A stretch of 64,000 nt of DNA from Bryobacteraceae bacterium. GTDB taxonomy: Bacteria; Acidobacteriota; Terriglobia; Bryobacterales; Bryobacteraceae. A model generated the notes under the pieces. The model was not told the DNA's origin. It made no database searches and saw only the letters and a program-made list of their open reading frames with translations. Each line of letters opens with the position of its first letter. Position 1 is the first letter of the stretch. The stretch spans positions 7,146 to 71,145 of the forward strand of contig DASXEY010000110.1 in NCBI GenBank assembly GCA_036489835.1, in the 5' to 3' direction. Positions 28,559 to 37,618 of this stretch are shown here, one piece after another. Both the position numbers and the translations under genes were made by a program.

Positions 28559-29332
28559 CTACGCCCAATCGCTTTCCACGAAATCCGTCTCGGTCCATCG
28601 CCCCTCGCCATAGTAGGCGACGGTGAACTCGTCAAAGTCCACGAGGTTGGACGGATTATCCGGATCGGCAATGTACAACTGTTGGGCGCCGGTGTTCAGC
28701 ACCCGGTAGCCCCGTATGACCACGAAGTGCCCTCCTCCTCCCACGTCGCTGTTCCAGGTGATTCCGGCGCAGATGGGCCGGCCGCGGTCTATCTCGCGCT
28801 GTACTTGCTCGAAGGTCAAGGAGCCGGTCGCGCCCGTTGAAGGGTCCTCATCCAGAGTGTTTCTCCACTTGTGTATCAATTGCAGAGCCGTTTCCAGTTC
28901 CGCGCCCTGGTTAAACTCGCCGGGGTTCTCGCAACACTTGGCCTGAAACACGAGACTAGCGACCCTGCACTGCTTCAACCTCGTGGCCGGGTCCGGATCA
29001 GGATCGAAATATTGCTCGACGCTCACCGCGACGGCTGCCCAGCACCAATCGGTTTGTTCCTGGCGCTGAATTTTAAAGTTGAGCCGCCGATGGGCGATAA
29101 CAGTTGGGCCCGTGACCGTTACCGTCCTCTGCGCGGTCTTGCCCGGATCACCGGTCCCAGTCTGCCCGAAATCGCCAGTACCGGTCTGCCCGAAGTCGCC
29201 TGTTCCCGTCTGCCCGAAATCGCCTGTACCGGTCTGCCCGAAGTCGCCTGTTCCCGTCTGTCCGAAATCTCCGGTGCCGGTTTGTCCGAAATCGCCCCCG
29301 CCCGTTTGTCCGCCGTTACTGAACTGTGGCAT
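28559..29332 (-). CDS. papain-fold cysteine peptidase-like protein (C70/C39-like) with N-terminal (GDFGQTGT)x7 repeat array
   Basis: Candidate Cys/His/Asp triad in QEQTDWCWAAVAV ... GGGHFVVIRGY ... YIADPDNP. The ATG at 29332 is preceded by GAGGAG. An alternative GTG at 29347 overlaps the kinase stop (GTGA). No signal peptide. Confidence 0.75.
   Translation of the reverse strand: MPQFSNGGQTGGGDFGQTGTGDFGQTGTGDFGQTGTGDFGQTGTGDFGQTGTGDFGQTGTGDPGKTAQRTVTVTGPTVIAHRRLNFKIQRQEQTDWCWAAVAVSVEQYFDPDPDPATRLKQCRVASLVFQAKCCENPGEFNQGAELETALQLIHKWRNTLDEDPSTGATGSLTFEQVQREIDRGRPICAGITWNSDVGGGGHFVVIRGYRVLNTGAQQLYIADPDNPSNLVDFDEFTVAYYGEGRWTETDFVESDWA
29147..29314 (-). repeat. 24-bp tandem repeat x7 (with 48-bp higher-order unit) inside the peptidase gene
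   Basis: Plus-strand units run ATCGCCNGTACCGGTCTGCCCGAA / GTCGCCTGTTCCCGTCTGCCCGAA ... Units 2+3 and 4+5 differ at only 2 positions. They encode GDFGQTGT. Confidence 0.9.
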
Positions 29333-29343
29333 GCGTCGTCTCC

Positions 29344-32046
29344 TCACTTGACCTGGTGCTTTTCTAGGAATAGCTTTTGAAACGCAGGATCCTTGTGCAG
29401 ATTATCCAAATCCTGCCAGCGATTGACGTCGTCGACCTGTTCGGGAGTGGATTCTTTCAAGACCGCCAGGGTCTTGTCCCGGTAGACATGATCGTTGTAC
29501 CTGCGGTACAGCTCCTCATACGTGAGCACGGCTCTCCAGCGAGTGTCCGACTCATCCGTGGCTAAACCCAAGGCTTCGCCGATGTCATCTTCGGCGTCCT
29601 GCCGGTTTCCGCAGGCGGCTTTAAAGTAGCCCAGAAAAGCTTTCTCATAGCCGTAGCGCGGGTTCAACTGCCCCTCCTCGGCCATCTTCAAGCCTTGCTG
29701 ACAATTCTTAAGCGAATCGCCCTTGTGCCCCAAATTCCGGTTAGCGATTCCGAGGTACATCAGGGTTAAATATGGGGGCGCCCCTCCTTGCGGGGAGCCA
29801 AGCATGAGAGCGTTTTGAAAGTGTTCGGCTGCCTCCGCCCAGCTTCCTCTGTACATCAGCGCCTGGCCGAGGTTGTGTTCCGCTGTCCGGGTCTTGGCCA
29901 GGTCGAGGGAGCGGCGATCTTCAGACAAGGCTTCGTCGAATCGCCCCAGGAGCCCGTAGGCAGCAGCAAGATTCGAATGCAGGCTGGGCTCATAAGGGGC
30001 GAGATCGACGGCCTTCTTATGGTACTCGGCGCCTTTGCTGAAATCGGAGCGATTGACGAAATACGCGCCGAGGTTCTGGTAGACCCGGGGGTAACCGGGT
30101 TCAACTTCCGCAGCCTTCTGAAAAGCCGTTAGAGCAGGCGTGAGCTGCCCGTCATCCTCATATGCTTTGCCGAGCAAAATGTAGGCGTTGGCATTGCCAG
30201 GTTCCAGTTGGATGGCCCGCTCGAGTTCCGCTCTGGCAGGGGCGTAACGGCCTTTCGAATATTGAAGATATCCCAGGGCGCGATGAACGCCCGCCACGTC
30301 CGGGTTGCGCCTCTCCGCCTGCCGCACCGATTCGTTGGCGCGATCCAGCCAGGACACATCCCTGGTGACACGGCTTTCGAACCACTGCGCCTCGGCCAGC
30401 GACGCGTATGGGAGCGGCGAGCCGGGATCTTCGGCGACGGCACGCTGGAGCAGGGAAATTGCTTCGTCCAGAGTGGAACTCTGGCGTGTGTCCCACACTC
30501 CGGCCCAATAGTCCTTCGCCGCCGCAGTATTCACGGAGCGGACCGCTCGCGGCGGCAGATGCAGCGCCGCTCTCACCATGCCGGCCAAGGCCACGGGCGC
30601 GTAGCGCGATAATTCTTCCGGAGCATACTCGGCAGTCCACTCCCTGACATTAACCTTCGATCGCGCGTCGATCAGCACGGCGTATAGAATTGCCTTGCCG
30701 TTTTGCCCTCCTAACCCGGTTTTCAGGATGTAGGTGGCGTCCGCACCGGAATCCGCCTTCGCAGGAGGGATGAAGGAAAGTCGCGCGACATCGCCGCCCT
30801 TTAGCTGGGACAACTCGGCCGCGGCATCGCGCGACAGGGCAAGGGCATCCCCAGCCATGCCGGAAGAGGACGGTTCAACAGACTGCATGGCCAGCCGCCA
30901 CGAGTCCTTGGGCGCGATAGCGCCCTGATAGGTCACCACGCCGACGACGATCGCCACGAAAGCAGCGGCGGCCAGCAGCCACCACGGCAGCGGACGCACC
31001 GGCTGAAGCACCTTTGCAACCTCTCCCGCGTCTCGAAATCTACGGGCAGGGGCCGGATCGAGGCATCGAGCCAGAACGGGATCCAGCTTAATGCCACCCC
31101 ACTTCGCGTGCAGATGCGGAGGCCTAAGCATGGCCCGGTGTTCCAGCGGAACATCCAGTCCAAACGGGCGGCGGCCGGACTCTAGTTCATAAAGAATGAC
31201 ACCCAGCGCATACACATCGGACGCGCCGGAAACCTTTTGGCCGGTCCACAGCTCCGGCGCCATATAGTCGGGTGCTCCACCCGCTTCCGCCGATTGCAAG
31301 TTTCCCAGAGGGGCAGTCGCGGCCGGCCCGCGAGCCAGACCAAAGTCCGTAATTACGGCCCGGACGGATTCTTCCTTGCCGCCGGCAGCCGCGGCATCGG
31401 TTGCGAGAATGACGTTATTGGTTTTGAGGTCGCCATGAATGACGCCATGACGGTGCGCTTCCGCCAAGCCGGCGCTGATCTGGCGGCCGAATTTCCGCGC
31501 GGCGGGGGCGGGCAGCCGTCCGCGGCGGAGCCGGTCGGCGAGGGTCTCGCCTTCCAGGAATTCCATAGTAAAGAAATCGATCTCGCCGTGCGCGGTGGAC
31601 GCCGAGTGAATCTCATAGATTTTGCACACGTTGGGATGGCTGATCTCGCTGGCGTGGCGCACCTCGGGAGGGAGGCGCTTGTCGAACCCCGCCTTGGCGC
31701 ACTTGACAGCGATGCGGCGTTCCAGCTTTTCGTCCCAGGCTTCGTAGACAACACCCATCCCACCCTCGGCCACCAGGTGCACGATCCGGAAGCGGCCGGC
31801 CAGACATTCTCCGGCCTCGAAGCGGTACTCCACCGGGGCGGGCACATAGATCGGATCCAGAAGAAACCGGTCCATGGCTTCTTCCCAATGAACGTAGTTG
31901 CGGACTTGGGCGAGGAGTTCGGAATCGTCTCCACACGCATTCTGAATAAAGGCTTCCCGGCGGCCGGGAGGCTGCGCCAGGGCAAGCTCCACCCGGGCCA
32001 TCACCGCGTCATCGTCTTGCGCCCTGCCGCCGCGAGAGTTGACCAT
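29344..32046 (-). CDS. membrane Ser/Thr protein kinase with C-terminal TPR-repeat region
   Basis: 900-aa ORF. Hanks kinase motifs (GGMGVVYEA, AVK, HGDLKTNNV, DFGLA, APE), a TM segment WWLLAAAAFVAIVVGVVTY, and multiple TPR-like repeats. The N-terminal ..ACGDDSELLAQVRNYV segment is typical of kinases paired with ECF sigmas. Confidence 0.9.
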   Translation of the reverse strand: MVNSRGGRAQDDDAVMARVELALAQPPGRREAFIQNACGDDSELLAQVRNYVHWEEAMDRFLLDPIYVPAPVEYRFEAGECLAGRFRIVHLVAEGGMGVVYEAWDEKLERRIAVKCAKAGFDKRLPPEVRHASEISHPNVCKIYEIHSASTAHGEIDFFTMEFLEGETLADRLRRGRLPAPAARKFGRQISAGLAEAHRHGVIHGDLKTNNVILATDAAAAGGKEESVRAVITDFGLARGPAATAPLGNLQSAEAGGAPDYMAPELWTGQKVSGASDVYALGVILYELESGRRPFGLDVPLEHRAMLRPPHLHAKWGGIKLDPVLARCLDPAPARRFRDAGEVAKVLQPVRPLPWWLLAAAAFVAIVVGVVTYQGAIAPKDSWRLAMQSVEPSSSGMAGDALALSRDAAAELSQLKGGDVARLSFIPPAKADSGADATYILKTGLGGQNGKAILYAVLIDARSKVNVREWTAEYAPEELSRYAPVALAGMVRAALHLPPRAVRSVNTAAAKDYWAGVWDTRQSSTLDEAISLLQRAVAEDPGSPLPYASLAEAQWFESRVTRDVSWLDRANESVRQAERRNPDVAGVHRALGYLQYSKGRYAPARAELERAIQLEPGNANAYILLGKAYEDDGQLTPALTAFQKAAEVEPGYPRVYQNLGAYFVNRSDFSKGAEYHKKAVDLAPYEPSLHSNLAAAYGLLGRFDEALSEDRRSLDLAKTRTAEHNLGQALMYRGSWAEAAEHFQNALMLGSPQGGAPPYLTLMYLGIANRNLGHKGDSLKNCQQGLKMAEEGQLNPRYGYEKAFLGYFKAACGNRQDAEDDIGEALGLATDESDTRWRAVLTYEELYRRYNDHVYRDKTLAVLKESTPEQVDDVNRWQDLDNLHKDPAFQKLFLEKHQVK

Positions 32047-32138
32047 GCTCCTCGTGTTTCAAAAGGCCCGCGCGCCGCCCCTACCCGCTATAGCGAAAAA
32101 ACTTTAAAGATCCCGCCAACCCATCCCGAACGACGAAC

Positions 32139-32213
32139 ATCTAGCCTGCCGGACTTGCCACGGGGGGCTGCTCCTAAGGAACAGCCCTCAAAAAAGGAGC
32201 CTGGGGCGGCGGC
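32139..32213 (-). repeat. variant copy of the GC-hairpin repeat family
   Basis: The reverse complement GGCCGCCGCCCCAGGCTCCTTTTTTGAGGGCTGTTCCTTAGGAGCAGCCC...GGCAAGTCCGGCAGGCTAG parallels 23703-23765. It lies between the sigma and kinase genes. Confidence 0.55.
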
Positions 32214-32271
32214 CACGAGAGGAGTTGTTCCTTTCGGGATTGAGATCCGCAACCGGCTCTTTGCGAAGCCG

Positions 32272-32856
32272 CTAGGGAAATCCGGAAAATAGACCTTCGT
32301 CCATGACGATGCGTCGAAACAGCCACTGCCGGGCGTCAGCCCACATTCTCTGGGTGGTGCGCAGGGAGGTTCCCATCGCCTCCGCGGCTTCCTGATCGGT
32401 GAATCCCAGGAAGAACTTCAATTCGACCACTTTGCACCAGTCCGGCTGGGTTTTCTGGAGCTCTTCCAGCCAACGGGCAACGTCAATGACCCGATTCGGA
32501 TCGTGCGGGCCAGATCGGGCGAGAAACTCCTCGATTTCCTGAATGGGGACGAAATTCGCGTCTGGCCGCCGGCGATGATAATCGATCAGAAACCGGCGCA
32601 TGGATCGGGCGGCGATTGCGAAGAAATGCTGCCGGTTCTGCCAATCCAGGTTCTTTGCGATGGAGAGCCGGAAGTAGGTCTCGGCCACCAACTCGGTGGC
32701 TTGCACCGAGTGTCCGCGCCGCTCCCTGCCCATGATTGCATGCGCCAGTTCCCGCAGCTTGGGAAACACCATCTCGTAGAGCTTGTCCTCAGCCGTCTTG
32801 CTCCCGGCAAGCCACTGCTTGAGGTTGATGGTGATGTCGCCGATTGGCTCGGACAT
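32272..32856 (-). CDS. ECF-type RNA polymerase sigma factor (PF07638 / TIGR02999-like, kinase-associated)
   Basis: From the ATG at 32856: ...ATELVAETYFRL...W.NR.HFFAIAARSMRRFLIDYHRRR... plus a region-4 HTH (FTDQEAAEAMGTSLRTTQRMW). It matches the ECF family that neighbours Ser/Thr kinases. Confidence 0.85.
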   Translation of the reverse strand: MSEPIGDITINLKQWLAGSKTAEDKLYEMVFPKLRELAHAIMGRERRGHSVQATELVAETYFRLSIAKNLDWQNRQHFFAIAARSMRRFLIDYHRRRPDANFVPIQEIEEFLARSGPHDPNRVIDVARWLEELQKTQPDWCKVVELKFFLGFTDQEAAEAMGTSLRTTQRMWADARQWLFRRIVMDEGLFSGFP

Positions 32857-33046
32857 AACGGCCTGCCAAAATTTTGGATGATTATACCACATAAGTGCCT
32901 CAGAAATATGACGAGGCGCGCAGTTTTATTGCCGCTCCCTGACCGTCGCGGAGCAGGGAGTTGGCGGGCTTTCCGCGGGAATCGCGCTCTCCAAGGTGAA
33001 CCGGTTCCCAAAAGCCGGTCTGGAAAATTACCGAAAAGGAGTAGTT

Positions 33047-33454
33047 ATGCATAAGAAGTCGGCTATTCTAGCCGGGCTGTTTGCCGCCATGTGTTCGGTT
33101 CTGCCGGCCCAGAACGTGACCATGTCCGCAACCATCCCTTTCGATTTCCGGGTGGGAGACAAACTAATTCCCTCCGGGACCTACCAAATCGTGACCTCGG
33201 ACACCTCCGTTATCCTACGGGAAGAGAGCGGCCGCGTTCTGACGGCCTCCTTCATTACCATCCCCGAAACGCGAGGAGGACCTCCGAATACGGGAGAGCT
33301 TCGGTTCAACCGCTATGGCAATGAGTACTTCCTTGCCAGCGTCTGGAATCCGTATTCCGTGAGGGGGCTTTCGATTCCGAAGACCGCGACACAAAAGGAG
33401 CTGGCTAAGCGCGCCAGCGCAGTAGTCCAGCTGGCCACTGCGCAGGTGAAGTAG
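33047..33454 (+). CDS. small secreted hypothetical protein
   Basis: The ATG at 33047 follows AAAGGAG. Signal peptide MHKKSAILAGLFAAMCSVLPAQ. 135 aa. Divergent from the ECF sigma gene. Confidence 0.65.
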   Translation: MHKKSAILAGLFAAMCSVLPAQNVTMSATIPFDFRVGDKLIPSGTYQIVTSDTSVILREESGRVLTASFITIPETRGGPPNTGELRFNRYGNEYFLASVWNPYSVRGLSIPKTATQKELAKRASAVVQLATAQVK

Positions 33455-33463
33455 CTGGGGGGA

Positions 33464-33505
33464 ACCCGGCCCCGATCGAAGACCGAAAAACTCGCGGGGC
33501 CGGGT
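33464..33505 (+). terminator. possible terminator hairpin
   Basis: ACCCGGCCCCG-20 nt loop-CGGGGCCGGGT just after the stop at 33454. The T-tract is weak. Confidence 0.35.
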
Positions 33506-33532
33506 AATTCGTTATCCTACGAGGGTCTGACG

Positions 33533-34489
33533 ATGCCGGACCCTCGCAACAAGCCAACCGCCCTTCTGGCGGACCCGATTTCCCGCCTGCATGACACCGG
33601 CGCGGAGCATCCCGAACAACCGCAACGTTTCGATGCGGTGGTCCAAGCTCTGGACCGGGGCGGGTTGATGCCAAGGCTCCTGCGCGTCCATCCCCGGGCG
33701 GCCACCGAGGACGAAATCGCCGCCTGCCACGGACGCCGCTATATTGAAACGGCCCACCTCGACATACTGTCGGGCGCGCGCGAGCTGTCGACCGGCGACA
33801 CTGTGGTGTCGCCAGAATCGTGGGATGTCGCGCTCAATGCCGCCGGAGGGATTCTCAATGCCGTGGACGCGGTGATGGACGGCTCGGCTCAAAACGCCTT
33901 TTGCGTGGTGCGGCCGCCGGGACACCATGCCCGTCCGGATCAGGGGATGGGTTTTTGTATCTTTAATAATGTTGCGATCGCTGCGCGCTACGCCCAGCGC
34001 CGGCATGGGCTGGGAAAAGTCCTCATCGCGGATTGGGACGTGCACCACGGCAACGGCACCCAGGATATCTTCTATTCCGACGGATCGGTGTTTTTCTTCA
34101 GCACGCACCAATCGCCGTGGTACCCGTTCACCGGCGCAGCCGATCAAACCGGGGTGGGCCGCGGCAAAGAATGTACCCTGAACTGTCCTTTTCCCGCGGG
34201 CTCCGGGCACACCGAGGTGGTGGGCGCGTTTCGGGAGCAACTGCGCCGCGCCGCGGACCGATTCCGTCCCGACCTGGTGCTGATCTCGGCGGGATTCGAC
34301 AGCCGCATGGCCGATCCTCTAGGACGCTTTACGCTGAGCGACAAGGATTTCGGGGAGCTCACCGGAGTTGTACTGGAGATCGCGGGCGAATACGCGGGAG
34401 GGCGGCTGGTGTCGGTGCTGGAAGGGGGCTATAACCTGAACGGTCTAGGTTTGGCGGCGGCGGCCCACGTCAAGGCTCTGATGCTTTAA
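33533..34489 (+). CDS. histone deacetylase-family (class II-like) deacetylase / acetylpolyamine amidohydrolase
   Basis: HPE.P.R, VVRPPGHHA and DWDVHHGNGTQDIFY are HDAC-superfamily active-site motifs. Confidence 0.9.
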   Translation: MPDPRNKPTALLADPISRLHDTGAEHPEQPQRFDAVVQALDRGGLMPRLLRVHPRAATEDEIAACHGRRYIETAHLDILSGARELSTGDTVVSPESWDVALNAAGGILNAVDAVMDGSAQNAFCVVRPPGHHARPDQGMGFCIFNNVAIAARYAQRRHGLGKVLIADWDVHHGNGTQDIFYSDGSVFFFSTHQSPWYPFTGAADQTGVGRGKECTLNCPFPAGSGHTEVVGAFREQLRRAADRFRPDLVLISAGFDSRMADPLGRFTLSDKDFGELTGVVLEIAGEYAGGRLVSVLEGGYNLNGLGLAAAAHVKALML

Positions 34490-34499
34490 GCTAGATTCC

Positions 34500-34844
34500 A
34501 TGAGCGTCAAAGTGAGCACTCGGCAGGTGGGCGACGTAACGGTAGCGGATGTGACGGGCAAGCTCACTTTGGGCGACGCGTCCAGCACTTTTCGGGACGC
34601 ATTGCGCGATCTGATCAGCCAGGGCCGCAAGAAGATCCTGCTGAACCTGCACGACGTGTCTTATATAGATAGCTCGGGAATCGGCGAACTGGTCGCGGGT
34701 TATACGACTGTCACCAGCGGCGGAGGCAAGCTGAAGCTCCTGAATCTGACCCAGCGTGTGCAGAGTCCGCTGCAAAGCACCAAGCTTTATACGGTGTTTG
34801 AAGTTTTCGATGACGAGACTGCGGGAGTGAAGAGCTTTACTTAG
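34500..34844 (+). CDS. STAS-domain anti-sigma-factor antagonist
   Basis: 114 aa. VTVADVTGKLTLGDAS...LLNLHDVSYIDSSGIGELV, a SpoIIAA-like pattern with the conserved phospho-Ser context (DSSG). Confidence 0.85.
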   Translation: MSVKVSTRQVGDVTVADVTGKLTLGDASSTFRDALRDLISQGRKKILLNLHDVSYIDSSGIGELVAGYTTVTSGGGKLKLLNLTQRVQSPLQSTKLYTVFEVFDDETAGVKSFT

Positions 34845-34961
34845 ACTCGGAGACTTGATTCAACTTTCCATTTGCACCACCGCAAGAGTGTGGTAGCATA
34901 TTAGTGCCTCGAAGTACCTTCGAAGCAAAACCCCCGCCATGGAGTCGAAGACAACCATCGA

Positions 34962-35585
34962 ATGAGTTTTACTGTTTTTTTGGGCAATCTGCCTGTTTGG
35001 GTGACCGCGGACGATATCCGAGGATGGCTCACCGCCGAAAATCTGGTTGCGGACGCGATTAAAGTGATCCGCAACCCCGAAACGCAGGAGTCCAAGGGCT
35101 TCGCCTTCATTGATGCCCCCAACACGGAGGAGATGAACGCGATTATCCGCCGATTCGATCGCGCGCCCTTGGAAGACCGCCTGCTCCGCGCCAATCCGGC
35201 GCAACCGCCCAGACCGAAGGGTCAGGGCCAGCCTCCGGGCCGTCCGACAGGTCCTCCCGGATCCGGGTTCGGCTATGGCGGACCCAGCCATGCTCCCACG
35301 GGGCATTCCTCCGGGCATGGACCGTCCTCCGGCGCATCCTCCGGATCTGGGGGACACGCTTCGACATCGGGGCAAAGTCAGGGATCGGGACAACCCACAG
35401 TGTCGGTGCATGGTCCGGCGTCGGGACAAAGTTCGGGTACCGGCCCGTCCGCTGGATCGCCGGCGGCTTCGGGAAACGGGGGCGATCTTCGTCCTCCGCC
35501 GCGGCGCAGGAAAGGTTCCGCGAAGCGTCCCTCCTCCGGAGGACCGCAGAGCCCCTTTGCCGAGGAATTAGCCAAAGCTCTTTAG
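34962..35585 (+). CDS. RRM-domain RNA-binding protein with long Gly/Ser/Pro-rich tail
   Basis: RNP2 VFLGNL and RNP1 KGFAFIDA, followed by ~120 aa of low-complexity G/S/P sequence. Confidence 0.8.
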   Translation: MSFTVFLGNLPVWVTADDIRGWLTAENLVADAIKVIRNPETQESKGFAFIDAPNTEEMNAIIRRFDRAPLEDRLLRANPAQPPRPKGQGQPPGRPTGPPGSGFGYGGPSHAPTGHSSGHGPSSGASSGSGGHASTSGQSQGSGQPTVSVHGPASGQSSGTGPSAGSPAASGNGGDLRPPPRRRKGSAKRPSSGGPQSPFAEELAKAL

Positions 35586-35767
35586 GCGCAGTTCCCTTGA
35601 ACCCAGGCACCGTCGCCTGCCTCCGGCCGAGACGCCGTTTGCACACTCGGTAGAAGCTGATATATACTCGTTCGCTACTACCCTTTGTTCTTAGTCTTAT
35701 AAAATCTTTCATTTTCCGGGAGCGGACGGTTCCTGCCGCAGCCGTTCCCTGCCGGGAGGACGTATTT

Positions 35768-36880
35768 ATGGCGGATTTGCTTATCATCCGCGTCCTGTTT
35801 ATCGCCGTGCTGGGATGCACGGCGTTTTTCCTGCGTCCACTGGATCTTTCGGGTCCCGTCGCCGGGCTGGTGGGAGTTCTCGTCGGCGGCGCCGTGGTGA
35901 TTTTTGAGTTCCGCATTAAGGAAGTCAGCCTCAAGCGCTTGATCGGGGCGGCATTCGGGAGCGTGCTCGGGATTTTCGGGGCTTACCTGATCTCGCTGGT
36001 GCTCAAAAGCGCCATGCCCGATTCGCCCACGGTCCGATTCCTTCAATTGGCGCTGCTGGCCTGGATGACGTATTGCGGCCTGATCGTCGGCGCGGCCAAG
36101 GGCGATATGCTCAACCTAGCCGCGCTGGGGGGATTGTTCGGCGGCGAAAAGGTGTCGAAGAACACCTTCAAGATCCTGGACACCAGCGTGATCATCGACG
36201 GGCGCATTGTCGATATTGCCGAGACCGGATTTATCGACGGCTCCATCGTGATTCCTCAGTTCGTTCTGCGCGAGCTGCAACTGGTGGCGGATTCCTCCGA
36301 CTCAATGAAGCGCAACCGCGGGCGCCGCGGACTGGATATTCTCCAACGGCTCCAAAAGATGCCGGCGCTCAACGTGCAGATCCTGGAAGACGATTTTCCG
36401 GCAGTCCGGGAGGTGGACCTGAAGCTGATCGAGCTGGCCAAGGTCTACACGTGCAAGATCGTCACCAACGATTTCAACCTTAATAAGGTCGCGCAACTGC
36501 ACGGGGTTGAGGTGTTGAACATTAACGAACTGGCCAATGCCCTGAAACCCGTGGTGCTGCCGGGCGAGACCATGCGGGTCTTCATCCTTAAAGAAGGCAA
36601 AGAGTACAACCAAGGTGTTGCGTACCTGGATGACGGGACGATGGTGGTGGTGGACAACGCGCGCAAGATGATTTCGAAAACCATCGATGTGGCCGTCACC
36701 AGCGTGCTGCAAACCACGGCAGGGAAAATGATCTTCGGCCGCTTCGATGAACGTTCCCACGCAGTCTACGACCGGAGCCACGAACCACGGATCCCGGACA
36801 AAGAACGGATCGCGCGGGAAGTGGCCCCAACGCCAGCTCCGGCTTCGGTGCCGGCGGCGGGCGGAAGCAGCGGCACCTAA
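35768..36880 (+). CDS. membrane PIN/TRAM-domain protein (YacL-like)
   Basis: N-terminal TM helices, PIN block [12 protein letters not shown]...[10 protein letters not shown], and a C-terminal TRAM-like region. It precedes ispD-ispF as yacL does in Firmicutes. Confidence 0.85.
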   Translation: MADLLIIRVLFIAVLGCTAFFLRPLDLSGPVAGLVGVLVGGAVVIFEFRIKEVSLKRLIGAAFGSVLGIFGAYLISLVLKSAMPDSPTVRFLQLALLAWMTYCGLIVGAAKGDMLNLAALGGLFGGEKVSKNTFKILDTSVIIDGRIVDIAETGFIDGSIVIPQFVLRELQLVADSSDSMKRNRGRRGLDILQRLQKMPALNVQILEDDFPAVREVDLKLIELAKVYTCKIVTNDFNLNKVAQLHGVEVLNINELANALKPVVLPGETMRVFILKEGKEYNQGVAYLDDGTMVVVDNARKMISKTIDVAVTSVLQTTAGKMIFGRFDERSHAVYDRSHEPRIPDKERIAREVAPTPAPASVPAAGGSSGT

Positions 36881-36901
36881 CGTACAATCGTAGTTCATCT
36901 C

Positions 36902-37618
36902 ATGAGAGTCTCCGTCATCCTTCCGGCGGCGGGCCTGGGCACCCGCATGGGCCGGGAGAAGTCCGGCACCAGCCGCAAGCAGTTTATGTTGCTTGAAGGC
37001 GCGCCCATTTTGATCCACACGATTCGAAAATTCCTGAGATGCCCTTCGGTCACCGACATTGTGGTGGCGCTGCGTGGGGAGGATTTGGATTGGGCTCGCG
37101 GGCTGCTTGAGCAGGAGCATCCGCAGAAGCCGGTGCATGTCGTCGAGGGCGGCGAAACCCGTCAGCAATCGGTGGAGAATGCATTGGCCAGCCTGATGCC
37201 GGCCCCCGACCTGGTGGCGGTGCATGACGCGGTGCGTCCGTTTATCGATACGGATCTGGTGGAACGGGTCATCGCCGAAGCGGCTTCCACCGGTGCGGCG
37301 ATTGTGGGCATTGTCCCCGTGGATACCGTGAAGCGCGTGCAGCGGAACAAGATTCGCTCGACGTTGCCACGCGAGCACCTGGTGTTGGCGCAGACGCCCC
37401 AGGTATTTCGTTTCGATCTTTTGAACGATGCCTTCGAACAGGCGCGCCGCGATAATTTTGTCGGCACGGATGAAGCCAGCCTGGTGGAACGGCTGGAGCA
37501 GGTGGAAGTGAGCGTGGTGCAGGGCAGCGACCGGAACATCAAGATCACGAAACCTTCCGATATGGATCTGGCTCGTTTGTTCCTGGGCGAAGAGCTTGCG
37601 GGCACGACGGCGTCGTGA
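36902..37618 (+). CDS. ispD: 2-C-methyl-D-erythritol 4-phosphate cytidylyltransferase
   Basis: VILPAAGLGTRMG...VHDAVRPF...QTPQ.F are IspD motifs. Confidence 0.9.
   Translation: MRVSVILPAAGLGTRMGREKSGTSRKQFMLLEGAPILIHTIRKFLRCPSVTDIVVALRGEDLDWARGLLEQEHPQKPVHVVEGGETRQQSVENALASLMPAPDLVAVHDAVRPFIDTDLVERVIAEAASTGAAIVGIVPVDTVKRVQRNKIRSTLPREHLVLAQTPQVFRFDLLNDAFEQARRDNFVGTDEASLVERLEQVEVSVVQGSDRNIKITKPSDMDLARLFLGEELAGTTAS

Noticed and set aside
29147-29314. Possible CRISPR array (regular 24-bp repeats)
   Set aside because: The units are contiguous with no spacers, are in frame within a CDS, and no cas genes are present.
29079-29351. Plus-strand ORF with PVPVCPKS repeats
   Set aside because: It is the antisense reading of the 24-bp tandem repeat. 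The minus-strand frame continues into a peptidase domain with an RBS-backed start.
31237-32292. 351-aa plus-strand ORF, plus similar long ORFs at 36302-37378, 38183-38986, 46254-47219, 16957-18213, 33512-34240 and 53059-53715
   Set aside because: All are antisense to genes with strong motif support (kinase, ispD/PIN-TRAM, hypothetical, NRPS, DUF3300, HDAC, receptor). All show the Arg/Pro/Gly-rich composition of GC-rich shadow frames.
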